A DNA stretch of 32,043 nucleotides from a virus (IMGVR_UViG_2713896773_000025); one strand, 5' to 3'; shown: positions 1 through 8,118, counted from the stretch's first letter. Translations and numbers: made by a program. The notes: generated by a model not told the origin, from the sequence alone.

Positions 1-228
1 ATGGAAAGAAATGAAGTACAGCGTGACTGGCATCGCATTGATATTGTCGCCGAGCTGCACAAGCGTGGCGTCACTATGCGCGGCCTTTCCGCCAGCGCGG
101 GACTAAAACCCGACACGCTGAAAAATGCGCTGGCACGCTCTTATCCAAAAGGAGAGCGCATTATTGCAAATGCTCTCAATTTAGAACCCGCCAGTATCTG
201 GCCAAGCCGTTACAACAAGGACCTGTGA
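1..228 (+). CDS. ner: Ner-like DNA-binding early regulator (75 aa)
   Basis: 75-aa product with RDWHR...L...GLS...A...G.....L.NAL.R.WPKGE.IIA.AL...P..IWPSRY pattern recalled from Mu Ner; sits immediately upstream of the transposase gene as in Mu. Confidence 0.8.
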   Translation: MERNEVQRDWHRIDIVAELHKRGVTMRGLSASAGLKPDTLKNALARSYPKGERIIANALNLEPASIWPSRYNKDL

Positions 229-229
229 C

Positions 230-2287
230 ATGTTCGTGACTGTTAACGAATTAGTTGGCGTCCCTGGACTGCCAACAACACAACAAGGACTGCGATACAG
301 CCTTAAAAAAAGTGCAGGCAACTCCCCTGAACTGGTTCGCAAACGTGCTGGCAGCAAAGCATTCGAGTACCACATCGACTGCCTGCCTGAACAGGCGCGT
401 GAAATAGTCAAAGCCCGGCATTATCGCGAGGTGCTGAAACAGTCTGATTGTTCATCAGCGCCGACTGCACCAAAGCGGGAAGTCACCACGACTCGCGATG
501 AACTGACGTTATTGCGGCAGTGCCCGGTATTGCTGGAGCGTGAGGTCTCTGACCTTACCGAACGCCAGAAACAGATCGCCGACGCCCGCGCATTATTAGC
601 CGCAGAGGTTGAGCGTCTTCGGGATATCGGTATGTCACGCGCATCGGCGGTTGAGTTCATCGCCAAAGAGTCACGCAAGGGCACGTTGCCGGAAAACATC
701 CAGGCTGCGGCTGATATTGCCAATGCGCGTAAAGGTTCCAGCCGTCGTGGCGTGGGCGAAAGAACACTTCAGGAATGGCTGTCTGTTTACCTTTCTACAC
801 GTCCAGGTATCGAACGCCTGGCTTTGCTGGCACCAGGCCATCTTAAAGCGCGTAAGCCTGAGCAGATTAAGTGGCTCCCTGATTTTCTCGCCCACTGGCG
901 GAAACTATCAGGCCCTTCTCTGGTGGATGCGTGGCGCTCATTCAAGACTGAATGGCAGGCTATTTATGCGGGACAGCCAGCGATGCTCGCCGTCTGTCCG
1001 TCTTATGATGCCGTGCGTCGGGCGATGGAAAAGCTACCAAAACGTGAACGCGCTCGCGGCCGTATCAGCGGTTCAGCGGCTCTGGCTTATGAGGTTTATC
1101 AGAAGCGTGACTGGTCACAAATGCCAGTAAATGGTTGCTGGATTGCGGATGGTAAATCGCTGGATATGAAAGTTGCTCATCCGGTCCATGGTCGTCCATT
1201 CACACCTGAACTGACGCTGGTTATCGATGGCCGCACCCGCTACCTGGTGGGCTGGAGCCTGGCGCTCTCAGAGAACGTCATCGCCGTAGCGGATGCCTAT
1301 CGCTACGCCATGAAATTCCACGGAAAACCTCTTTTTGTCTATTCGGATAACGGTGGCGGTGAAACCAATAAAACGCTGGATGCTGATATCACCGGTATTT
1401 TCACCCGCATGGGTATTGATCACCCGACCAGTATTCCGGGTCGACCGCAGTCACGCGGGATTATCGAACGACTGAACGCCGTAATACCGAGAGCGATTGC
1501 CAATAAATTTGATACTTACAATGGATTCGGGGCCGACCGTGAGCATGTGCGGATGACCGGTCGCGCTATCCAGTCAGCGATTAAGGCTCAGGAGAATGGG
1601 CGCGAACTCACGAGCGTACAGCGTAACGCGCTGCGTAAATTGCCGTCGTGGCAGATGCTGCTGGATACCATTGCTGAGGAAGTCGACAAATACAACAACC
1701 TGCATGAGCACAGCGAGCTACCAAAACGTAATGGTGTGCATATGACGCCAGCACAGTACCGCCGCGAGGTTCTGGCCACTGAGGGTGACGATATTGAATA
1801 TCTGACGGATATCGAGCTTCGTGAAGCCTTCATGCCGGAAATGTGCCGCACCGCCCAGCGGGGCTGGATTGACCTGATGAATAACCAGTATTTCAGCGCT
1901 GACCTGATACAGGTCGACGGTGAGGAAGTCCGGGTCGCCTATGACATTCACGACCCTGCTGCCGTCATCGTTCGTCGCATGGACGGTACTTATGTCTGCA
2001 CCGCCATCTGGAACGGCAATAAGCGTGCCGCGCTGCCAACCAGCATGATGGATATCGCCGTTGAGAAACGCCGCCAGCGTCGTCTGAAGCGCATCGACGA
2101 ACAACGGGAAGAGATTGAAGCAGAGGCAAGAGGTCTGCTTCCTGAAAGCGATATGTACCCTGATTTCGGCGCATTAATACCATCGGACGCAGAGCGTATT
2201 AATGATGCTCGGGAACATGTGTTCCTGTTCGAATCAGAGCGTGAAGAATGGCTGAAAAGTCAGGGCAATAAAAAAGCGGCCTTCTGA
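230..2287 (+). CDS. A: MuA-family DDE transposase (685 aa)
   Basis: Long ORF directly after ner; N-terminal region resembles the Mu A DNA-binding domain; size and position fit MuA. Confidence 0.9.
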   Translation: MFVTVNELVGVPGLPTTQQGLRYSLKKSAGNSPELVRKRAGSKAFEYHIDCLPEQAREIVKARHYREVLKQSDCSSAPTAPKREVTTTRDELTLLRQCPVLLEREVSDLTERQKQIADARALLAAEVERLRDIGMSRASAVEFIAKESRKGTLPENIQAAADIANARKGSSRRGVGERTLQEWLSVYLSTRPGIERLALLAPGHLKARKPEQIKWLPDFLAHWRKLSGPSLVDAWRSFKTEWQAIYAGQPAMLAVCPSYDAVRRAMEKLPKRERARGRISGSAALAYEVYQKRDWSQMPVNGCWIADGKSLDMKVAHPVHGRPFTPELTLVIDGRTRYLVGWSLALSENVIAVADAYRYAMKFHGKPLFVYSDNGGGETNKTLDADITGIFTRMGIDHPTSIPGRPQSRGIIERLNAVIPRAIANKFDTYNGFGADREHVRMTGRAIQSAIKAQENGRELTSVQRNALRKLPSWQMLLDTIAEEVDKYNNLHEHSELPKRNGVHMTPAQYRREVLATEGDDIEYLTDIELREAFMPEMCRTAQRGWIDLMNNQYFSADLIQVDGEEVRVAYDIHDPAAVIVRRMDGTYVCTAIWNGNKRAALPTSMMDIAVEKRRQRRLKRIDEQREEIEAEARGLLPESDMYPDFGALIPSDAERINDAREHVFLFESEREEWLKSQGNKKAAF

Positions 2288-2332
2288 CTGGACATCACAG
2301 GCCGCTGATTTACTAAAACAGAGGAAGTAATT

Positions 2333-3226
2333 ATGTCAGCTAAAAATGAACTTGTCGAACTGATGAAAGCAAAAGGTCTTAACCAGACACAGGTCGCCCG
2401 CGCCATTGGTAAGAGCTCGGCCGTAATCAGCCAGTATCTGAATAATAAATACGACGGCGATATTGTATCGCTGGAAAACGATATTCGTAGCTTTATCGAT
2501 CGTCAGCATGAAAAAGAACGTTCGGCACGTATCAGCGTCAAATTTGTTGATACCCCAACAACGCGCAAAGCCGTTGATGTTATACGCATGGCACACGTCG
2601 AAGGTGATATCAACGTGCTCTACGGCGAAGCCGGTCTGGGCAAGACGATGATTTGCAAAGCCTACGTCTCCAAATACCGGGATGCGTTGCTGATTGAGGC
2701 AGACCCTGGCTACACCGCACGGGTAGTCCTGGAAGAGCTCTGTAACCTGCTGGGGCTCAGTACGCGCGGCAATATGCACGAACTCAGCGAGGCCTGCATC
2801 AACAAGCTGCGCGACTCCGGACGCGTGCTGATTATTGATGAAGCCGAGAACCTCCCTCTGCGTGCGCTGGAATCTATCCGCCGCATCCATGACAAAACGG
2901 GGATCGGCATCGTCCTGGTTGGTATGCCTCGCCTGATTCTGAACCTCAAGGGCAAACGCGGTGAGCTCGTACAGCTCTATAGCCGTGTCGGTTTCGCCCT
3001 CAACCTCGGGCATAGCCTGCCGGGTGCTGATATTGACGTCATCGCCAGCAGCGTTCTCCCGGATGGCCTGAATGAAGACCTGAGCAAAGCGCTGTTCAAT
3101 GCGTCAAAAGGTAACGCCCGCCGATTGTTCAAGCTGCTGCGCGGTGCGGTCCGCACCAGCGCGATGAATGATGTTCCGGTCAGCGGTCATATCGTCAACC
3201 AGATAGCTGAAATGCTGATCCATTAA
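2333..3226 (+). CDS. B: MuB-like AAA+ ATPase, transposition target DNA activator (297 aa)
   Basis: Walker A GEAGLGKT and Walker B-like LIIDEAE; N-terminal HTH-like segment; GAGGAAG RBS 7 nt upstream; position immediately after A. Confidence 0.88.
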   Translation: MSAKNELVELMKAKGLNQTQVARAIGKSSAVISQYLNNKYDGDIVSLENDIRSFIDRQHEKERSARISVKFVDTPTTRKAVDVIRMAHVEGDINVLYGEAGLGKTMICKAYVSKYRDALLIEADPGYTARVVLEELCNLLGLSTRGNMHELSEACINKLRDSGRVLIIDEAENLPLRALESIRRIHDKTGIGIVLVGMPRLILNLKGKRGELVQLYSRVGFALNLGHSLPGADIDVIASSVLPDGLNEDLSKALFNASKGNARRLFKLLRGAVRTSAMNDVPVSGHIVNQIAEMLIH

Positions 3227-3246
3227 TCCGGATTTAAGGAGGTTTT

Positions 3247-3525
3247 ATGCTGACTTTAACATCAGATAACTCGCTGGTTTCAGCGCTGTATCGTACCGAA
3301 GCTGTCGTCGTTTCCCTCCAGGCCCGTGGCGTGGAAGTGAAAGGTATCGTGGTTCGGGAAGGTCAGCCGGTCATTCGTATTCAGCGCCATGACATGTGTG
3401 ATTACCTGCTCACCAGCGGTAAAGCCAGCTACATCGAATATGGCCAGGGGAAATCGGGGAAATACCGCCAGGGCCTTTTCATCCAGGACGGCTGTCGTGT
3501 CGTATGGTCAGAATCTATTCATTGA
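3247..3525 (+). CDS. hypothetical early protein (92 aa)
   Basis: Strong RBS AAGGAGG before ATG; first gene of the semi-essential early region; no family recognised. Confidence 0.55.
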   Translation: MLTLTSDNSLVSALYRTEAVVVSLQARGVEVKGIVVREGQPVIRIQRHDMCDYLLTSGKASYIEYGQGKSGKYRQGLFIQDGCRVVWSESIH

Positions 3526-3537
3526 AGGAGAAAATAA

Positions 3538-3729
3538 GTGGCAAAAGTCGTAATCAGCATAACCGATGCACCGCGCGGTATCCGTGTGGAGTGCCAGGTT
3601 GTTCCGGATGACAAAGACAGTGAACTGACTCAGAAAGTCGCAGCCACTGTGGGATATGGCCTGGCTGGCCATGTTAACGAAAAAATCCGTCATGCAATTC
3701 AGAAAAAGGGGAAGTCCAATGTCCACTGA
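3538..3729 (+). CDS. hypothetical small early protein (63 aa, GTG start)
   Basis: AGGAG RBS before GTG; overlaps the next gene by 11 nt, consistent with coupling. Confidence 0.45.
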   Translation: MAKVVISITDAPRGIRVECQVVPDDKDSELTQKVAATVGYGLAGHVNEKIRHAIQKKGKSNVH

Positions 3730-4369
3730 AAACACCATCAAACAATACACTACCACCCAGGCACCAGAGGGATACTGGACTGATGCTCGCGGCGTTCTGA
3801 CGCCTGTCAGTCTGATTAAAGAAATCGACCGCGACCGCGACCAGCTCGTTGGCGAACTCGTTACGCAGGCGATTATCGTTTCCTCTGCCCTGAGTGAGCT
3901 GAAATCACGCGCCTTTGCTGATATTCAGGCATTTATCGACCTTTCAGCGGAGAAATACGGGGCCATCAAAGGCGGTAAAAAAGGTAATGTCACGCTCTAC
4001 AGCTTTGATGGCCGTTTCAAAATCCAGCGAGCCATGCAGGACCGAATCGCCCTGGACGAGCGGATTCAGACTGCAAAGGCGCTTATTGATACCTGCCTCG
4101 CTGACTGGACAGAAGGTGCCCGTCCTGAGCTGAAGGCGCTGGTCAATGAGGCGTTTGATACTGACAAAGAAGGCAATATCAATACCGGGCGTGTCCTGGC
4201 ACTCCGTCGTCTGGAAATTGATGATGATCGCTGGCAGCAAGCCATGCAGGCCATCGGTGAGGCTGTGCAGGTCGTCGGTAGCCGTTCTTATATCCGCGTG
4301 TATGAGCGTGTTGGTGATTCGGATGAATATCGTCCGATTGCCCTCGATATTGCAGGTGCAGGGGTGTGA
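3719..4369 (+). CDS. Mu-family early protein, DUF3164-like (216 aa)
   Basis: ATG at 3719 preceded by GGGGA RBS (track ORF begins earlier at 3656); sequence type recalled from Mu-like prophage early regions; assignment unverified. Confidence 0.5.
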   Translation: MSTENTIKQYTTTQAPEGYWTDARGVLTPVSLIKEIDRDRDQLVGELVTQAIIVSSALSELKSRAFADIQAFIDLSAEKYGAIKGGKKGNVTLYSFDGRFKIQRAMQDRIALDERIQTAKALIDTCLADWTEGARPELKALVNEAFDTDKEGNINTGRVLALRRLEIDDDRWQQAMQAIGEAVQVVGSRSYIRVYERVGDSDEYRPIALDIAGAGV

Positions 4370-4370
4370 T

Positions 4371-4595
4371 ATGTCTGGAAAAATTAAAGAAAATTCAGCT
4401 CGCAACAACTACGGATGCTATGCCACCGGCGCGATTCGTGCCGAACGTAATGGCGAATATTCCAGGGCTGCTGAATTATGGGGTAAAGCGTTGATGTTTG
4501 CTCGTGGCACTTCCGGTCGATTCTGGGCCACTCGTCGACTGGAGTTCTGCGCGAACGCGGCTACTCGCGGCTGGGGGATTTCGGATGAAAGCTAA
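4371..4595 (+). CDS. small regulator-like protein, possibly ANR/PerC-like (74 aa)
   Basis: Internal ATG at 4371 two nt after the upstream stop; GEYSRAAELWGKAL...ARRLEFC motif reminiscent of ANR-family small regulators; family call is tentative. Confidence 0.4.
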   Translation: MSGKIKENSARNNYGCYATGAIRAERNGEYSRAAELWGKALMFARGTSGRFWATRRLEFCANAATRGWGISDES

Positions 4596-4776
4596 AGAGT
4601 TCAACCAAAAATATCCGGTTGGTAGCGTCTTTATTTATCAGCCGAATCCGGTTTTACGTGGTGGTAAGGTCGTCAGCACCGTTGATCTGGCTCGCGACTG
4701 CCGCGATGTATCGGTAGTTGAAATAAATCAGGAACCTTATTTCGCCAATATTAAATCGCTGATACCTGCTGGCTGA
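4585..4776 (+). CDS. small protein, paralog copy 1 (63 aa)
   Basis: N-terminal AKEFNQKYPVGSVFIY matches AKTFNQRFPVGSQFHY of the ORF at 7365..7574; internal ATG at 4585. Confidence 0.5.
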   Translation: MKAKEFNQKYPVGSVFIYQPNPVLRGGKVVSTVDLARDCRDVSVVEINQEPYFANIKSLIPAG

Positions 4777-4856
4777 AATAACTTTTAATTAAACCTGTTT
4801 TAAATATGGCGTAAACCTGCCGGGGGTGGCTTACGCCTGAATTAAGGAGTTCTGTA

Positions 4857-5576
4857 ATGGAAAATAAAGAGAAATATATCCAGAGAATTAAAAAGCTGCT
4901 CGCGATGGCGCGTAATAACTCCAGCGCCGAAGAAGCCGCACTTGCCCTTAGCCGCGCTCAGCGCCTGATGGAAACCCACAAACTGACTGAGGCTGATGCT
5001 GATTTGATGGATATCAATGAAGCTTCTACCCAGAAGGCCCCCTCTCATGCTGAGAAGATGCCGGAATATATGGCAATACTGGCAGAGATGGTCGCGCGCG
5101 TTTTTGGCGTGAAGTTTTACACCAGCCATGGCGCTGAGCAGTGGGGCAAGCCAGCAAAACGCACCATACACTATTACGGCCCCGACGAACGCCCTCAGAT
5201 AGCGGCATATTCATTCGAAGTTCTGGGTAAGCAACTGGCGAAAGCCCGCCGTGATTACCTCTCCACATTACGCAAGAACATCAAACAGGCCACAAAAGTT
5301 GCCCGCGCCGATACCTTCTGTTCCGCCTGGGTCAACGGTGCTTATGCCGTTGTCAGTGATTTCGCTGTTACGGAGGCGGAGACAACGCTGATGGAGTGTT
5401 ACCGCAGCAGGAAATTAAGCGAAGGCATGAAAAAGCTGGAACCGCGCAAACCCGGCAAAGCCAGGGGAACGGATAAGGCGGAAAACGAGGGATATCTGGC
5501 TGGCCGCAATGCGCAGCTGCATCACGCGGTAAGCAGTTCAGCTAATAAATGCGAACAGATTGGAGTGACAAAATGA
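4857..5576 (+). CDS. DUF2786-like phage protein (239 aa)
   Basis: AAGGAG RBS; N-terminal KYIQRIKKLLAMARNNSSAEEAALALSRAQRLM resembles the DUF2786 signature recalled from phage early regions. Confidence 0.6.
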   Translation: MENKEKYIQRIKKLLAMARNNSSAEEAALALSRAQRLMETHKLTEADADLMDINEASTQKAPSHAEKMPEYMAILAEMVARVFGVKFYTSHGAEQWGKPAKRTIHYYGPDERPQIAAYSFEVLGKQLAKARRDYLSTLRKNIKQATKVARADTFCSAWVNGAYAVVSDFAVTEAETTLMECYRSRKLSEGMKKLEPRKPGKARGTDKAENEGYLAGRNAQLHHAVSSSANKCEQIGVTK

Positions 5577-5926
5577 AAATCTCGCCTCAACTGGAAACTA
5601 CGCCAGTCAAAGAACTCGTAGCAGCCGGGCATGCGCTGGCGAAAGAACTACATTGCGCTGAGTGTGCCGCGCTGGTTCGCAATCTGGCAACAGCGCTTGA
5701 TGTCCAGTTTGCTCGTGCCAACGCGCTAACGGTTGTTGATGTTAGTGACCCTAATGTGCTGGCGCAGCTGGATGAGCTGGAAGCTGTGAACGAGCTGTTT
5801 TTACGTGCAAAGCAGCTGATGTATCAATCAGGAGGGGCACCAATCGAAAACTCATTGAATCCGATTGATGCATGGCTGTATGACGCAGAACGCGCTGCCG
5901 CTGCCGCTGCCGGTAAAGGAGAGTGA
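5573..5926 (+). CDS. hypothetical protein (117 aa)
   Basis: ATGA start/stop overlap with upstream gene; Ala-rich C-terminus; no family recognised. Confidence 0.5.
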   Translation: MKISPQLETTPVKELVAAGHALAKELHCAECAALVRNLATALDVQFARANALTVVDVSDPNVLAQLDELEAVNELFLRAKQLMYQSGGAPIENSLNPIDAWLYDAERAAAAAAGKGE

Positions 5927-5927
5927 T

Positions 5928-6173
5928 ATGGCTACCAACGAAATTCTCATAGTTAACAAAATTGGGCGCGCTGATGGTGATTACGGATGCTACTGCCCTC
6001 ACTGCGGAGAGCCGATGTTTTTCAGCGATGATGAACTGGAAGACATCCGAGGCTCTCAATACCAGCATTCTCGGGTGATAAATCTCAGAACCGGTGAACG
6101 GTGTGATGGATGGCTGGAAGTATCTCCCAATGCGGGTTACTCGCGAATCTTGTTCGACCAGGGAGATGAATAG
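5928..6173 (+). CDS. small Cys-containing protein, putative zinc ribbon (81 aa)
   Basis: CYCPHCGE followed by a downstream RCDGW segment suggests a Cys-based metal-binding knuckle; starts 2 nt after upstream stop. Confidence 0.45.
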   Translation: MATNEILIVNKIGRADGDYGCYCPHCGEPMFFSDDELEDIRGSQYQHSRVINLRTGERCDGWLEVSPNAGYSRILFDQGDE

Positions 6174-6178
6174 AGAAA

Positions 6179-6438
6179 TGACCATCACCGAAATTTTGAA
6201 TACCGGACTCGCCTTCATGGGTTGGCTATTCATCATGGTCCAGGCCGGTAAGTGGTTTACATCTGTTGTCCTGAAATCGTGGGATAAACACCGCAAGGCA
6301 TCACGTCGCCAGAAGGCTGTTGATGAGTTGTACGACGCTTTCGATCTGCAGAGCATTGAGCCCGGAACAACCGTTCGTCTTGCCACAAAGGGCGCTCTGA
6401 CAATCATGATGTTTCGCTCTGAGGCGGATGCCAAATGA
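6179..6438 (+). CDS. small membrane protein (86 aa)
   Basis: Hydrophobic segment LAFMGWLFIMVQAGKWF near the N-terminus, then a basic stretch. Confidence 0.45.
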
Positions 6439-6605
6439 CAAACCGCAAAGTAAGAAGACTGCTGCGCATGCCTTTCAAATTCAGTAACCGTAAAGCGATG
6501 ACAGGCTGGCCATCAACGATACCCCGGCCTGGCAACGAGTGGTGCGACAAGAAGAAACGCAGCGCTGCACAGAACCGCTGGAAAAATCATGTGAGGTTTC
6601 TCTGA
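6435..6605 (+). CDS. small basic ORF (56 aa), below the ORF-track length cutoff
   Basis: ATG at 6435 overlaps upstream stop (ATGA) and its TGA at 6603..6605 overlaps the next ATG (TGATG); coupling pattern suggests a real gene. Translation MTNRKVRRLLRMPFKFSNRKAMTGWPSTIPRPGNEWCDKKKRSAAQNRWKNHVRFL. Confidence 0.3.
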   Translation: MTNRKVRRLLRMPFKFSNRKAMTGWPSTIPRPGNEWCDKKKRSAAQNRWKNHVRFL

Positions 6606-6979
6606 TGAATATAAATAAACATTCTGAGCGTAAGCCAGTGGTTTTCATTGCCGGTCCAATGACCGGGTATCACAACTTTAACCGCGATGAATTCAACGCT
6701 GAGGCTCGCATCCTGGAAGAGCGCGGCTTCACCGTTCTCAACCCGGCCATTCTTCCAGACGGCCTGCAGCATGAGCAGTACCTGCAAATTACATTGTCCA
6801 TGCTTGAGCAGGCTGATGCGGTATTCCTGCTGAACGGGTGGGAAAAGAGCACCGGCGCTACCAGGGAGTTTGATCGCGCCTGTGAGCTAGGGCTGCTGTT
6901 CCTTTACCAGGACTGGGAAAGCGTGTCGATTGCGATCCACCGTAAGCGTCACCCATTAACGGAGGTGAGTTATGCATAG
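6605..6979 (+). CDS. DUF4406 / nucleoside 2-deoxyribosyltransferase-like protein (124 aa)
   Basis: VVFIAGPMTG near the N-terminus and overall pattern recalled from the DUF4406 family; ATG at 6605 chosen over the GTG at 6539 because of stop-start coupling. Confidence 0.55.
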   Translation: MNINKHSERKPVVFIAGPMTGYHNFNRDEFNAEARILEERGFTVLNPAILPDGLQHEQYLQITLSMLEQADAVFLLNGWEKSTGATREFDRACELGLLFLYQDWESVSIAIHRKRHPLTEVSYA

Positions 6980-7187
6980 CGTAACGGGCTGCCAGTTCCA
7001 GGATAACGGTAACCGCCGAATCTGGTTCTTCCGCGATAACAGCCAGGTTGTCGAGTTGCTGGCGGTGCCACTTAAGCTGCGGTTCAACTATTACGACGCC
7101 AGTAACCGTAAGGTACGCAATAAGGGGACTCAGGCTGATATGAAGAAGGCGATTGAATCTTTCAAGAAACTTCGGGGGATAAAGTGA
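6972..7187 (+). CDS. hypothetical small protein (71 aa)
   Basis: Overlaps upstream gene by 8 nt; no family recognised. Confidence 0.4.
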   Translation: MHSVTGCQFQDNGNRRIWFFRDNSQVVELLAVPLKLRFNYYDASNRKVRNKGTQADMKKAIESFKKLRGIK

Positions 7188-7405
7188 TGGATATAGCTTT
7201 CATTATCATATTGCTGGCGATGTATTTAACACTTGGCTGGTGTTGGGCATGCATCCTTGTCCGATTAGTGGGATTAGCTAATTTATCCCGACAGAATTGC
7301 TGGTTTGCCTTTCTCTTATGGCCTTTGAGCATTATCGCGACCGATGCGAATCTGGAGGAAAACGATGGGACATCTCCTGAGAAATCTGACAGCAAAGACC
7401 TTTAA
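7184..7405 (+). CDS. small membrane protein (about 72 aa)
   Basis: Two hydrophobic segments (IAFIIILLAMYLTLGWCWACILV and CWFAFLLWPLSIIA); GTG at 7184 or ATG at 7187. Confidence 0.4.
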   Translation: MMDIAFIIILLAMYLTLGWCWACILVRLVGLANLSRQNCWFAFLLWPLSIIATDANLEENDGTSPEKSDSKDL

Positions 7406-7574
7406 CCAGCGCTTCCCCGTTGGCTCACAGTTCCATTATTACCTGACACCTGGTGTATCGGAGCGGGAAACTGTAATAACCCGCCCGGCAGCCAGGCATA
7501 TGCGCAATGGTCGTCTGGTTGTCAGGGGCGAAGGGAAAATCGGTGGTATATCAGTCAGCAAAATGAAACCTTGA
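7365..7574 (+). CDS. small protein, paralog copy 2 (69 aa)
   Basis: GGAGG RBS before ATG at 7365; N-terminal motif shared with the ORF at 4585..4776. Confidence 0.5.
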   Translation: MGHLLRNLTAKTFNQRFPVGSQFHYYLTPGVSERETVITRPAARHMRNGRLVVRGEGKIGGISVSKMKP

Positions 7575-7580
7575 AAGTAA

Positions 7581-7622
7581 GTCATTACAGCAGGCACTTC
7601 ATAAAGTGCCTGCTGTAATGAC
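7581..7622. repeat. perfect 19-bp inverted repeat with 4-nt loop
   Basis: GTCATTACAGCAGGCACTT cata AAGTGCCTGCTGTAATGAC read directly from sequence; lies between the last early accessory ORF and the gemA RBS. Confidence 0.85.
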
Positions 7623-7641
7623 AACCAACAGGAGAAATATT

Positions 7642-8118
7642 ATGTCCACGCCAGCAAAACGAGGCCTTATAGGTGCAATTAAAGCCGGTCAGGCATATCT
7701 GGGGTGGGATGAGGTAACCTACCGTAGTGTTCTGTCTCGCTTATGCAACGGTAAAACATCATCCACTAAATGCACCCTCGACGAGCTGCAGGCTGTCAGG
7801 GAATATATGCATGACAAGGGTTTTCCTCGCTACTCAGCAAAACACGGTCGACGCCCAAAGGTTGCCAATACGCGCGAGTCAATTCTTTCTAAAATTAACG
7901 CATTACTTGCAGATGCAAAACGTCCGTGGAATTATGCCGAGAAAATGTGCGATCATATGTTTCACGTCAAATACATCGAGTGGTTGACGACTGAACAGTT
8001 AACCAAACTCATGCAGGCTCTCAGCATTGATGCGAGTCGGCGAAAAAAGCGGGAGCGTAATAATGAATCTGGAACAGGTAACGGAGCTGCTGCCATCAGC
8101 AGTGATTCAAATAGCTGA
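7642..8118 (+). CDS. gemA: GemA-like regulatory protein (158 aa)
   Basis: ATG at 7642 with AGGAG RBS; KRGLIGAIKAGQAYLGWDE...YRSVL pattern recalled from the Mu GemA/DUF1018 family; sits immediately before the Mor-like gene. Confidence 0.7.
   Translation: MSTPAKRGLIGAIKAGQAYLGWDEVTYRSVLSRLCNGKTSSTKCTLDELQAVREYMHDKGFPRYSAKHGRRPKVANTRESILSKINALLADAKRPWNYAEKMCDHMFHVKYIEWLTTEQLTKLMQALSIDASRRKKRERNNESGTGNGAAAISSDSNS

Noticed and set aside
609-1130. 173-aa plus-strand alternative-frame ORF inside the transposase gene
   Set aside because: Entirely within the MuA reading frame region in another frame; Arg/Ser-rich low-complexity product; no RBS context.
2930-2946. Partial match to the late-promoter motif (CTGAACCTC) inside the B gene
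   Set aside because: Only 9 of 18 nt match, it is inside coding sequence, and no downstream hairpin or gene start follows; judged chance.
5751-6434. 227-aa minus-strand ORF across several small early genes
   Set aside because: Antisense to a string of coupled plus-strand ORFs with good RBSs; likely a shadow frame.
7606-8118. Extended N-terminus for gemA starting at 7606
   Set aside because: The upstream start lies inside the 19-bp palindrome and lacks an RBS; the ATG at 7642 has an AGGAG RBS at proper spacing.
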